The position numbers and the translations under genes were made by a program. From assembly GCA_963733195.1 (NCBI GenBank), contig CAVTCR010000081.1, positions 64,001 to 128,000 of the forward strand: a DNA stretch of 64,000 bases. The letters run 5' to 3'. Every line of letters begins with the position of its first letter. Within the stretch, counting starts at the first letter, position 1. The stretch comes from an uncultured delta proteobacterium (lineage in GTDB: Bacteria > Desulfobacterota > Binatia > Bin18). Shown here in pieces: positions 10,157 through 20,221 of this stretch. The notes under the pieces are model-generated. The model worked only from the letters and a program-made list of their open reading frames with translations. It was not told the DNA's origin and made no database searches.

Positions 10157-10527
10157 CTACTCTCTACGACTTCAATGAGAACCTGACAGAAGAGATACTC
10201 CTTCCGGAGCAGGTTTTTCTTCCTATGCATTTTCAGGACAAGCATCGTGGCGAAGTGGCGCTGCTCTATGCCATTCTCGACGATGCGATTAGGTGTCTAC
10301 AGAACGGACGGTGGGAAAAAGGGTGGGATCATGTGCGGGCGGCACAGGAGGCTGAAGCTTGGCTGTTTGCCGATGATTACGAGTGGCCGTTTTCTTTTGT
10401 CAACATATGTGAACACCTTCGTCTTGATCCCACATATCTGCGGCGTGGTCTTAAATGCTGGCGACCTCTGAGGCAATCAATCCCCAAACACAAGAGCCCT
10501 TTGCTCGCGCGTCTAGTGTCACTCTAG
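10153..10527 (+). CDS. Conserved hypothetical protein
   Basis: ALLYAILDDAIRCLQ...EAEAWLFADDYEWPFSFVNICEHLRLDPTYLRRGL; ATGA overlap with the preceding ORF. Confidence 0.75.
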   Translation: MTTLYDFNENLTEEILLPEQVFLPMHFQDKHRGEVALLYAILDDAIRCLQNGRWEKGWDHVRAAQEAEAWLFADDYEWPFSFVNICEHLRLDPTYLRRGLKCWRPLRQSIPKHKSPLLARLVSL

Positions 10528-10719
10528 TGAAAGTACAAGTTTTGGAGACTCAGCAAACCTACCATCTGGACCTGGCTCAGCATCGATCAGCGGAGGTAAA
10601 AGGAAACATCCGGCAGGCAAATCATCCGGATAGAGATCCTCAGGGTGGTACAATAGTTGCCCTCGTAGCAGCTATGTTACACTGAAGGCGGATGAATAAG
10701 AGGCAACGGAGGTGTCGAG

Positions 10720-11292
10720 ATGCTGCTGATCCTTGATGTTGATTTTACCCTGAACCATTTCTACCCGCCGTCGATTCGCGACCTCGTGCCGGCTGAACTA
10801 CTGGAGAATCCGCAAAGTCCGCAAATGTGGGATTGGATCGTAGAACATTTGAACACAGTGAGGTATCCGGTGCGTGAAGATGCGGTTGCGGTTCTACAGC
10901 AACTTGACCAGCACAAGCCGACGGTCGTGGTGAGTACTGGTCGTCCCGAAGCCTTACGCACGACCACAGAACGGTGGTTAGAGCAATTCTTCCGTGTCGA
11001 ACGTGCTTTTATGCGTCCGCATGGAGATTATCGCCATAACTCGGAGATTAAACGCGATGCACTGACACAGTTCATTCAGCCGCTTGCCGGGTCGCGTCCT
11101 ATCTACGCATTTGAGGACGATGCCGAGGCACTCGCCATGTATCGGGAGGCTGGAGTAGTGACGTTTCCTGCCCCAAATTGTTGGGAACGCCTCTCCACCC
11201 GGCTCCGGGAGGCGAGGGATTTCGAGGCGGTACGATTGATACTCGCGCAAGGCGATCTTGGTGATCGCCCTAATATCCCCCTGGCCTCCTAG
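10720..11292 (+). CDS. HAD-family phosphatase (polynucleotide kinase 3'-phosphatase-like)
   Basis: LILDVDFT, STGRPE, FMRPHGDYR...IK, FEDD motifs; GGAGG RBS. Confidence 0.8.
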   Translation: MLLILDVDFTLNHFYPPSIRDLVPAELLENPQSPQMWDWIVEHLNTVRYPVREDAVAVLQQLDQHKPTVVVSTGRPEALRTTTERWLEQFFRVERAFMRPHGDYRHNSEIKRDALTQFIQPLAGSRPIYAFEDDAEALAMYREAGVVTFPAPNCWERLSTRLREARDFEAVRLILAQGDLGDRPNIPLAS

Positions 11293-11373
11293 TGAACACT
11301 TCCGTCAGAGGGTGTTCTGGATACTGTATTGCCGCTCGGTCTCGTTCCTTGCCTTTTCTGTGCCCACCTTTTT

Positions 11374-11400
11374 TTCATAGTAACGTCACACTGCGGTAAC
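11374..11400 (+). promoter_or_regulatory. Pho-box-like repeats upstream of sthA
   Basis: TTCAT 11374, GTCAC 11385, GTAAC 11396 (11-bp period). Confidence 0.55.
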
Positions 11401-11516
11401 AGAGTCTAGCAAAACTGTAGCTTCCCTCATCGATATTCGCTGGGAGGTCGTACCTGTTCTGGAGTGAGCGAGGTCCGTGCGATTTCCCAACAAGTCATAA
11501 CGCCTGGAGATGAATT

Positions 11517-12947
11517 ATGCAGCACAACGAGTATGATCTGATTTGTATCGGTAGTGGTCCAGCAGGGCAGCGCGCTGCCGTTCAGGCAGCAAAGCTGGGG
11601 AAGAAAGTAGCAGTAGTTGAAAAACAGCGCTTTGTCGGTGGCATGTGTATTGACACTGGTACGATTCCCTCAAAAACCTTCCGTGAGGCAGTACGCAGAG
11701 TATACTCGCGACCCGGCCTTGAGCTGACGGATCCGTTTGCTGCACGAAATCGCGTCCGGCCGACCATGCAGGAATTGGTTGGCCACGTCGGGCGCGTGAT
11801 CCAACGTGAAATTGGCATGGTTCACGATGCACTCACACGGAATGATGTTGCCGTTGTCCATGGTTGCGCCTCGTTTGTTGATCCACACGTGATTCAGGTG
11901 GACACCGGAGAAGGACAACGTTCACTGACGGCGGATTATTTTCTGATTGCCGTTGGTACGCGTCCCAGCAAACCGCCTGGAGTGGAAATCGATCGGCAAA
12001 CGATTATTACTGCTGATGAAATTTTACACCTTGATCACTTACCGCGAACAATGGTCGTCGTTGGGGCGGGAGTCATCGGTATCGAATATGCATCCATGTT
12101 TGCTGCATTAGGAGTCCAAGTGACGGTTATCGATCAGCGTCCGCGCCCCTTGGAGTTTCTTGACGCTGAGATCGTTGACGAACTGATTCACCAGATGCGC
12201 AAGAGTAATGTCACTTTTCGTTGTGGTGATGCCGTCGTGCGGATCGATACCGTGCAGGCATCACCGCGCCAAGGGCTGATCCAGCTCGCTTCCGGCAAGC
12301 ATATCGTGGCGGATGTCGTTTTGTTTTCTGCTGGGCGTGGTGGGGCTACCGACACCTTGCGCCTTGAAGCTGCGGGGCTGACCGCAGATGAGCGTGGGCG
12401 GTTACTTGTTGATGCGACCTATCGCACCAGTAGCGAGCATATTTGGGCGGCAGGCGACGTGATTGGCTTTCCCGCGCTGGCTGCGACATCGAGCGAGCAA
12501 GGGCGACTTGCTGCCTGTCACATGTTCGGGGTCGAAGCTGCGCCAATGGGCACGCATTTCCCAGTGGGGATTTATGCGATTCCCGAGGTCTCGATGGTCG
12601 GAGCCACTGAGGAAGAATTAACGCAGAGCAAGGTCCCTTATGAGACTGGCATTGCACGCTATCGCGAGATTTCGCGGGGCCCGATCTTAGGGGATGATTC
12701 CGGACTGTTCAAAATGCTCTTTCACCGCGAAGACGGACGGTTGCTTGGGTGCCACTGCATCGGTAGCGGCGCAACGGAACTGATTCATGTTGGTCAAGCC
12801 GTTTTGGGTTTAGGCGGAGGACTCGACTACTTCCTCAAGACCGTTTTTAACTATCCCACACTAGCAGAGTGTTATAAAGTTGCGGCCTATAATGCTGCCA
12901 ATAAGATGTCCTTAATTCGTCATGCAACGAACGCTGTCCATCTTTAA
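11517..12947 (+). CDS. sthA: Soluble pyridine nucleotide transhydrogenase
   Basis: GSGPAG, GGMCIDTGTIPSK (CxxxxT), GAGVIGIEYA, FNYPTLAECYKVAA. Confidence 0.93.
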   Translation: MQHNEYDLICIGSGPAGQRAAVQAAKLGKKVAVVEKQRFVGGMCIDTGTIPSKTFREAVRRVYSRPGLELTDPFAARNRVRPTMQELVGHVGRVIQREIGMVHDALTRNDVAVVHGCASFVDPHVIQVDTGEGQRSLTADYFLIAVGTRPSKPPGVEIDRQTIITADEILHLDHLPRTMVVVGAGVIGIEYASMFAALGVQVTVIDQRPRPLEFLDAEIVDELIHQMRKSNVTFRCGDAVVRIDTVQASPRQGLIQLASGKHIVADVVLFSAGRGGATDTLRLEAAGLTADERGRLLVDATYRTSSEHIWAAGDVIGFPALAATSSEQGRLAACHMFGVEAAPMGTHFPVGIYAIPEVSMVGATEEELTQSKVPYETGIARYREISRGPILGDDSGLFKMLFHREDGRLLGCHCIGSGATELIHVGQAVLGLGGGLDYFLKTVFNYPTLAECYKVAAYNAANKMSLIRHATNAVHL

Positions 12948-13210
12948 CAACCCCTGTCTTTATACCTGGATGTCAGCAAACAGTGTAAACGGCGCGCTGT
13001 TCTAAGCTGTCGAGCAATAGCAACACCTACAAAAGTGATCCTGCCGGGAAAAGTGTTCTCCTCATAGGAAACGTGTGTTGAGCACGACAGGAGGTGCTCT
13101 TGGGACCCCTGGCTGGCTTCGTCATCGCAAGACCGGACGGTTCTCATCCGTGTGCAAGGCATGATAGAGGTGCTTGCGATGGGTGAGAGAACTACCGAAA
13201 GGAATGAAGG

Positions 13211-14788
13211 ATGAGGATGCCTACCGCAGTACTCGTTTGGCTGGTGAGTGTATTGATTATGATACAAAAACTCGCACTGGCGGCTGGCCCAAATACTCCT
13301 GAAGAGTGGTTTGCTGCTGGTCAACGTGCTGTCCAAGAAGCGAAACAACTAGCGCAAACGCGAACAGCGGCGAAGAATGTGGTCCTCTTTGTTGGTGATG
13401 GCATGGGCATCTCCACAGTAACGGCGGCACGTATTCTTGAAGGACAACTGCGCGGTGAAAGTGGAGAGGAGAACCAACTGAGCTTTGAAAAGTTACCGTA
13501 TCTGGCCCTGTCGAAGACCTACAGTGTGGATCAGCAAACGTCCGACTCTGCGCCGACTATGACGGCGATGGTGACTGGGATTAAAACTACTGATCGCATG
13601 ATTTCCGTCGATCAGTTCGTGAAGTTTGGTGAACCGAATAAGGATGTCGTTCGGCAGCACACACTCAAAACCGTCTTAGAGATGGCTGAGGAAAAAGGTT
13701 TGTCGACTGGGGTAGTCACAACGACACAAGTGACACACGCGACACCGGCTGCTTGTTATGCGCATACGGCCCATCGCGACTGGGAAGGTGATGACGATCT
13801 ACCGGAGGGGGCGACAGTGCCGGATATTGCACGACAGCTTATCGAATTCTCCTATGGCAATGGGCTTGAGGTCGCCATGGGTGGTGGGCGAAGCAAATTT
13901 CTCCCAAAGTCTGTGGATGATCCAGAAGATAAAGGCAAGTCAGGAAACCGTAAGGATGGCCGCGATCTCACCAAGGAGTGGCTCACGAAGCATACGAACG
14001 CAGCGTACGTCTGGAACGCCCAGCAGTTCACCGCAATTAATTCAGCGACCACTGATCATCTGCTTGGGTTATTTGAACGTTCGCATATGGAGTTTGAGGC
14101 TGATCGTCAAAAAGACACTAGTGGTGAGCCTTCGCTGAGTGAAATGACGGTAAAGGCCCTTGAGGTGCTGCAAAAGAACAAGAAAGGATTTTTTCTCATG
14201 GTCGAAGGTGGGCGCATCGATCATGCCCACCATGGCGGGAATGCCTACCGCGCGCTTACTGAAACGATCGAGTTTGCTAAAGCCGTACACGTCGCGCTGG
14301 ATAAAACCAAGCGAGCAGAAACGCTTATCATCGTTACTGCCGACCACAGTCATACGTTCACGATTGCAGGATATCCAAAACGTGGGAATCCGATTCTGGG
14401 GAAAGTTGTTGCTCCTGACCGCACTGAGTTTGCTCGTGATGCACTCGGGCTTCCGTATACAACTCTCGGGTATGCCAACGGTCCTGGGTACACTGGAGAG
14501 TCACGTGAAGCAGATCAGGACAAGACGCGCCCAGAGGGGCCTAAACTCTTTCCTCACTTTCTTAGCAAGTATTTAGGCATCACTGCTGGACGTCCAGACT
14601 TAACTGCCGTTGACACCACAGCTCCAAATTATTTGCAAGAGTCAGCTGTGCCGATGGGTAGTGAGACCCACGCAGGTGAGGACGTAGCGATCTATGCTGG
14701 TGGTCCGCTCGCCCATCTTTTTCATGGCGTGCAAGAACAGAATGTGATTGCCCACGTGATTATGGAAGCGTTGCAGCTGAAGAGATGA
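13211..14788 (+). CDS. phoA: Alkaline phosphatase, secreted
   Basis: Signal peptide; VGDGMG, DSAPT (catalytic Ser), THATPA, EGGRIDHAHH, TADHSH, HAGEDV. Confidence 0.95.
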   Translation: MRMPTAVLVWLVSVLIMIQKLALAAGPNTPEEWFAAGQRAVQEAKQLAQTRTAAKNVVLFVGDGMGISTVTAARILEGQLRGESGEENQLSFEKLPYLALSKTYSVDQQTSDSAPTMTAMVTGIKTTDRMISVDQFVKFGEPNKDVVRQHTLKTVLEMAEEKGLSTGVVTTTQVTHATPAACYAHTAHRDWEGDDDLPEGATVPDIARQLIEFSYGNGLEVAMGGGRSKFLPKSVDDPEDKGKSGNRKDGRDLTKEWLTKHTNAAYVWNAQQFTAINSATTDHLLGLFERSHMEFEADRQKDTSGEPSLSEMTVKALEVLQKNKKGFFLMVEGGRIDHAHHGGNAYRALTETIEFAKAVHVALDKTKRAETLIIVTADHSHTFTIAGYPKRGNPILGKVVAPDRTEFARDALGLPYTTLGYANGPGYTGESREADQDKTRPEGPKLFPHFLSKYLGITAGRPDLTAVDTTAPNYLQESAVPMGSETHAGEDVAIYAGGPLAHLFHGVQEQNVIAHVIMEALQLKR

Positions 14789-14794
14789 GACCCT

Positions 14795-15397
14795 CTACCA
14801 CAACTCGCGTACGTTCAGCACGAAGCCTGGTAAAACGGGGTCGCCACTGACAGCGGCAGGATTGTCGAGCAATTCTATCGGCTGTCCAGGACGATAGACG
14901 TAGACGCGTTGTTCGAGCGGATCAATCAACCAACCGAGGCGAGCGCCGTTGTCGATATATTCCTGCATCTTCTCTTGCAGGTCTGACAGGCGATCGGTGC
15001 GCGAACGTAGTTCCATCACGAAGTCAGGACACACCGGAGCAAAACCTTCCTGCTGGGCGTCGGTCAATGCCTCCCAGCGTTCCCGTTTCACCCACGAGGC
15101 ATCCGGAGACCGTTTCGCGCCGTTGGGGAGAGTGAATAAAGTTGACGAGTCGAAGACGAATCCACTGCCATCGACTTCGGCCCAGTTGCCTAACCGTTGC
15201 GTGAACGTACTGTTACGCCTCCCTGTCTTTGATCCGGTTGGCGGCATAATAACTAACTCCTTCCGAGCGGTGAGTTCGAGTCGTAGCTCCGGATTCTCTT
15301 GACAGAGAAGTTTGAACTGCTCATCGCTGACGATGACGCCTTGCACGTTCAACTTAACGGGTTCGCTACCTTCGTAAGTAACAGCAGTCTGAGCCAT
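14795..15397 (-). CDS. Uma2 family endonuclease
   Basis: GAKRSPDASWV, CPDFVMELRS, KMQEYIDNGARLGWLIDP. Confidence 0.92.
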   Translation of the reverse strand: MAQTAVTYEGSEPVKLNVQGVIVSDEQFKLLCQENPELRLELTARKELVIMPPTGSKTGRRNSTFTQRLGNWAEVDGSGFVFDSSTLFTLPNGAKRSPDASWVKRERWEALTDAQQEGFAPVCPDFVMELRSRTDRLSDLQEKMQEYIDNGARLGWLIDPLEQRVYVYRPGQPIELLDNPAAVSGDPVLPGFVLNVRELW

Positions 15398-15568
15398 ATG
15401 TATTCCTCACTCGTGAGAGAGCCTAAAGCTTTATCGCTAGGGTTGCAATCCGAGAGTTCTCAGCTCTGCACCTCTTCGTAGACAAGCTTGACGCCATCCC
15501 CAAGCCTCACTAGAGTTGCCCCAGCACAAGCTGAGGCTTGCCTCAAGGGCAAGCGAAAAGGAGGACTT

Positions 15569-16780
15569 ATGCCGGGAGGCGCGCTTGCAGGCTTCCGGGT
15601 CGTTGAATATGGCGACATGGTTTCTGCGTCCTACGCGGCCAAGATGATCGCTGATATGGGTGCAGAAGTGATTAAGGTGGAACACCCTGGGCGCGGCGAT
15701 GATGCACGTCGACGTGGACCCTTTCCAGGGAAAATTCCGCATCCGGAGAAAAGTGGACTGTTTCTCTATCTCAATACCAACAAACGCGGCGTGACGCTTA
15801 ATCTCGAAACGCTACGAGGCCAAGATATTTTCCAACGGTTGGTCGGGCAAGCTGACCTCTTTATTCACAATGTCCACCCGACGCGCATGACGGCGCTCGG
15901 CTTAGATTACGAACGTCTCGCGTCCAAGAATAAAGAGTTAGTCATGACGTCGATCACTCCTTTCGGGGTGACTGGCCCACATAAGGATTACCAAGCGTAC
16001 GACCTGAACTCCTGGAGTGCTGGGGGGCTGACGTATCTCAACGGTGGTGGTCCAGGGACGGAGGATCTTCCGCCGCTGAAAGTGTTTGGTCAGCAGTCAG
16101 GCTTTCAGGCTGGCGTTCATGCTGCTGTGGCTTCGTTGGGTGCCCTCTTTGCGCGGCTGCGCGATGGCGTGGGACAGCACGTTGATTGTTCAACGCAGGA
16201 AACCCTCATGGCGATCTCGGAATTCGCCGGCATCATGCCTGCCTATGTAAAACAGATCGTGGTCCGCTTTACCGGCAACAAAGCGATTCGCCCACTCGAC
16301 ATCATGGAGTGCAAAGACGGTTGGATTTATATCTGCTGCGTCGAAGAACATCAGTGGAAAGGGTTCGTTGATATCATGGGTAACCCCGAATGGGCGGACG
16401 AGCCCTTGTTCGCTACGCGCCTCGACCGGGCTGAGAACTGGGATGCCCTTGAGCTATTCATGGGACCGTGGGTGAAAGAACAAACGGTGGAGGAACTGTA
16501 TCATAAAGCCCAAGCACGTCGCATTCCGTTTGCGCCGGTTTCGACCATGGGGGATTTGTTCAACTCTGAGCATCTCAAAGCCCGGGGATTTTTCGCTGAA
16601 ATCACTCACCCCATTGCTGGCACGCTTCCCTATCCCACCACTCCAGCGCAATTCTCAACGACGCCGTGGACGCTTCGTCGTCCCGCGCCATGTTTGGGAC
16701 AACATAATGCGGACGTTTACAGTGAGTTGGGAATCGACCAAAAAGAACTAGAGCAATTGAAACGGGAAGGAGTGATTTAA
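15569..16780 (+). CDS. CaiB/BaiF family III CoA-transferase
   Basis: LAGFRVVE, ADMGAEVIKVE, LNTNKRGVTLNL, APCLGQHN; GGAGG RBS. Confidence 0.92.
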   Translation: MPGGALAGFRVVEYGDMVSASYAAKMIADMGAEVIKVEHPGRGDDARRRGPFPGKIPHPEKSGLFLYLNTNKRGVTLNLETLRGQDIFQRLVGQADLFIHNVHPTRMTALGLDYERLASKNKELVMTSITPFGVTGPHKDYQAYDLNSWSAGGLTYLNGGGPGTEDLPPLKVFGQQSGFQAGVHAAVASLGALFARLRDGVGQHVDCSTQETLMAISEFAGIMPAYVKQIVVRFTGNKAIRPLDIMECKDGWIYICCVEEHQWKGFVDIMGNPEWADEPLFATRLDRAENWDALELFMGPWVKEQTVEELYHKAQARRIPFAPVSTMGDLFNSEHLKARGFFAEITHPIAGTLPYPTTPAQFSTTPWTLRRPAPCLGQHNADVYSELGIDQKELEQLKREGVI

Positions 16781-16787
16781 GGAGAAC

Positions 16788-16900
16788 GGGTAAAGGATAG
16801 TGGATAATGAGATAATGAGGAGAAAACGCGGAAAGAAATTCCCAGATTTCTTTCCTTATCCTTTATCCCATTTATCCATTGCGCCATTTATCCATTCCTT
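16788..16900. repeat. Inverted heptamer tandem-repeat arrays
   Basis: GGATAGT/GGATAAT/GAGATAA run followed by the complementary CCTTATC/CTTTATC/ATTTATCC run. Confidence 0.6.
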
Positions 16901-16921
16901 TCTCGGTAAGGAGCAAAGACT

Positions 16922-18142
16922 ATGAGTAACAAACCACCACTAGACGGTATCCGTGTTGCTGACTTTTGCTGGGCCTGGGCTGGTCCGTATGGCGCCCTGC
17001 AACTCGCGCACCTCGGAGCAGAAGTCATTCGTATTGAAAGCGAAACCCGTCCGTGTCCGTCACGTCAGATTCCTCCATGGGCAGATAATCAAAAGGGAGG
17101 ATTCAACCGCTCCGGGTATTTTAATCAGTACAATCAGGGTAAACGCTCACTAACGCTTAATCTGAAAAAACCTGAAGGGCTTGAGTTAGCGAAGAAAGTC
17201 GTCGCTAAAAGTGACATTGTGACCGAAAACTTTGCCGGTGGCGTGATGGATAAGATGGGCTTGGGCTATGAAGTGCTACGAGCGATTAAGCCCGACATCA
17301 TCATGATCTCGTTGTCGGGTTACGGTGCGACTGGCCCAGAAAAAGGCTATGTCTCCTACGGCCCGCCACAAGTTGCGCTCAGCGGTATGTCATCGTTGAC
17401 TGGATATAAAGATGACCAACCTCGACAGGCAGGGTTTTCGTATGGTGATCCCAACGGTGGAGTTCATGGCACATTCGCTGTGATGTGTGCACTGCTCCAT
17501 CGCGCGAAAACTGGCAACGGACAATACATCGATCTTTCTCAACGTGAAGCCTGCGCCATGTTGCTCCCCGAGGGGATCATGGAATATGCGATGAATGAGA
17601 CCCAACCACCACGAAACGGGAACCGTGATCCCTACATGGCTCCACATGGCGTATTTCGTTGTAAGGGGGCAGATCGTTGGGTCAGCATCGTTGTGGGCAA
17701 CGAAGAGGAATGGCAACGGTTCTGCAAAGCCATCGGTCAGCCTACGTTAGCAACCGATGCGCGCTTCGCGACACTCGCGGCCCGCAAAGAAAATGAAGAT
17801 GCACTTGAGCAGATTATAACGACGTGGACAAACGAATTATCACCGGATGAGGTCACGCAAAAATTGCAACATGCCGGAGTTGCGGCCTATCCCACTCTCG
17901 ATGGTAATGACATGCTCGCCAACCCACATGTAGCTGCACGTGGCTATTTTGTTGAACTTGAACATGCAGAAGTGGGAAAGCGCCGACATTTGGGGATTCC
18001 GTGGAAAATGTCACGCACCCCTTGCGAGATAAGCCGTCCAGCGCCACTCTTCGGGCAAGATACGAACTATGTGTTAGGGGAGATTCTTGGCTTGAATAAC
18101 GACGAGATCGCAATACTGAGAACAAAAGAAGTGCTTGTCTAG
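16922..18142 (+). CDS. CaiB/BaiF family III CoA-transferase
   Basis: LDGIRVADF, LGAEVIRIES, NQGKRSLTLNL, SYGDP (catalytic Asp), APLFGQDT. Confidence 0.93.
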   Translation: MSNKPPLDGIRVADFCWAWAGPYGALQLAHLGAEVIRIESETRPCPSRQIPPWADNQKGGFNRSGYFNQYNQGKRSLTLNLKKPEGLELAKKVVAKSDIVTENFAGGVMDKMGLGYEVLRAIKPDIIMISLSGYGATGPEKGYVSYGPPQVALSGMSSLTGYKDDQPRQAGFSYGDPNGGVHGTFAVMCALLHRAKTGNGQYIDLSQREACAMLLPEGIMEYAMNETQPPRNGNRDPYMAPHGVFRCKGADRWVSIVVGNEEEWQRFCKAIGQPTLATDARFATLAARKENEDALEQIITTWTNELSPDEVTQKLQHAGVAAYPTLDGNDMLANPHVAARGYFVELEHAEVGKRRHLGIPWKMSRTPCEISRPAPLFGQDTNYVLGEILGLNNDEIAILRTKEVLV

Positions 18143-18190
18143 ATCAGACCACATGACATTCGTATACTTTACACTACGATCCCTCGGGCG

Positions 18191-18485
18191 TGTCATTCTG
18201 AGTCCCCGAGAGTGCTGCGCACTCAGCGAATGGGCAGAAACAGCACGAGCATTCCCGTCCGTCATTTCCGCCCTCGCCGTCGCGAGGGCAGGCTCCGGCG
18301 GGAATCCAGTCTTTGGCCCCTGGATACCGGGTCTCGCGTTGCTCGCCCGGAATGACGAGCTGGTCGTTTTCGTCATTCCAGCGAAAGCTGGAATCCAGGA
18401 GGTGTGGTGCGGGTTGGGCATTTTGTTTCTGAGCAGCGGAGCGAAGAATCTCTCTGAGAGACCCTTCGTTTCACTCAGGGTGACA
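18191..18485. repeat. Nested cluster of GTCATT-type palindromic (RPE/dRS3-like) elements
   Basis: Outer TGTCATTCTGAG...CTCAGGGTGACA; inner GTCATT..GGGAATCCAG / CTGGAT..GGAATGAC; GTCATTCCAGCGAAAGCTGGAATCCAG. Confidence 0.75.
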
Positions 18486-18751
18486 ACTTTGGTGTGCCAA
18501 TTTTGTGTGTTTCGATTTAGCTCAGTCCCCAAGAGCCTGACTCAGTGGCACACGTTTCACGTTTTAACCAAGAATTTTTGCCGGCAACTTCGCTTATCCC
18601 GGCCTGTTCTTCTGTAGGCCGGGATGAGGTCGGAGACCGTTCCCGGCTTCCTTTTTGCCTCTACAAACCCGCTGCAAGACTTGCTATGCCTATGAATGCA
18701 GGAGTGACACCCCGGCGGAGCGTCTCTACATAAGACAAGGGGGCACTTGCC

Positions 18752-19970
18752 TGTGGGGAATCACGTTTTCATCTGTTACGCGCACGAAGATTGGAACTTC
18801 GTCCAAAAGAATCGCAATCAAGCTGAAGGAGCGTGGAGTTCCTATCTGGTTAGATGAATGGGACATTCCTCATGGTGCGAACTGGAATGAAACGCGAGAT
18901 AACGCGCTCTACGATGCTGCGCAGTGTCTGGTCATTCTCTCGTCTGCAGCCGTAAATTCTCAGCAGGTCCAGGCAGAATGGGTGACCGCTCTGGAGGAGA
19001 AGAAACCCCTCGTTCCTATTCTCTATCAGACATGCCGGATTCCAAGCAGATTGCGGCTTATACAGCGCTTTGATTTTACCAGTGGCGGTTTAGAAAATGA
19101 GGAAATTCTAGAAGCCTTGCTCCGTGCTCTGGGAGGTCAACAAGAGCCGTCTGGTTCCCAAGCAAAAAAAGTCTCGTAAGCAAAGCCGGAGGCCAACGTG
19201 AGGAGACGACGAGAGCGCCAATCATCACCTCACCAACTACCCTCTACCCTATCAGAGATCACTAATAGTATTGGTATGAAACTCATTCTCATCCCCGCGG
19301 GAGAGTTTCTGATGGGTTCAGAGAATGGTCGTGCCGATGAAAAGTCAGTGCGACGAGTGCAAATCAGTAAACCCTTTTACCTGGGGAAATATCCAGTCAC
19401 GCAAGCGCAGTGGGAAACGGTGATGGGTAATAGTCCGAGTCGTGTAAAAGGTGAGCCAAATCGACCGGTAGACAGTGTTTCATGGAATGAGGCTCGGGAG
19501 TTTCTCCGGAAGCTGAGTGCACGTGAAGGGGGGAAGCCGTATCGCTTACCGACGGAAGCGGAGTGGGAGTATGCCTGCCGTGCGGGATCTACGGGAGCGT
19601 ATTACTTTAGTGACAACGAGGCAATGCTAGGAGAATACGCTTGGTACAGTAAAAATGTTTTTTGCTCAGGTATTGCAAAAGCTCTCTTCGCGAGTGGGGG
19701 TTCGCACCCGGTAGGGCAGCTCAAACCAAATGATTGGGGGTTGTACGACATGCTCGGCAATGTGTGGGAATGGGTGCAGGACTGGTATGCGGCAGATTAC
19801 TACAAGCAACGCCCAAACCCGGACTGTGATCCTCAAGGGCTTGACAAAGGGAAATATCACGTCCTGCGCGGCGGTTCGTGGTGCAATGTTGCCGAGTACG
19901 TCCGCGTGGCCTGCCGCGACTGGCACGGCCGGCTACCGCTACGTCTTTCGGTTTTCGGTGTGCCCAGTAG
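18752..19970 (+). pseudogene. TIR domain + FGE/SUMF1 (formylglycine-generating enzyme-like) fusion, interrupted
   Basis: VGNHVFICYAHED then a frameshift into IWLDEWDI..QVQAEW (TIR); a single in-frame TAA at 19177 separates it from the in-frame NSIGMK..RLPTEAEWEYA..GNVWEW..RGGSW; 3' frameshifts before GFRCAQ*. Confidence 0.8.
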
Positions 19971-20098
19971 CTTGTAAAAGGTTCTGGATTCTGAGTTCTA
20001 GAATTCTGGATTCTGTAGGGTCCAGGGCGGAGTCCTGGTCGAATTTTTTCATACTACAGTAAGAGTTCTCGTAGTCTGTCTATGTAATGATAAAGGAT

Positions 20099-20183
20099 TG
20101 TCATTGCGAGCGTAGCGAAGCAATCTTTTTGGAGATATTGTGTCGCCGAGATTGCTTCGTCGCTAATACTCCTCGCAATGACA
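20099..20183. repeat. RPE-like palindromic element
   Basis: TGTCATTGCGAG..CGAAGCAATCT ... AGATTGCTTCG..CTCGCAATGACA inverted arms. Confidence 0.8.
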
Positions 20184-20221
20184 GGAACTTGCGGTTTGTA
20201 GACACACAAGGAGGATCCACA

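Noticed and set aside
18074-18617. 152-aa and 160-aa ORFs on opposite strands
   Set aside because: Translations of palindromic RPE-like repeats (WIPAFAGMT is a typical repeat-derived peptide); not genes
20087-20221. N-terminal extension of the amidohydrolase (CHCERSEAI)
   Set aside because: Translation of the RPE-like palindrome; the RBS supports a start at 20222
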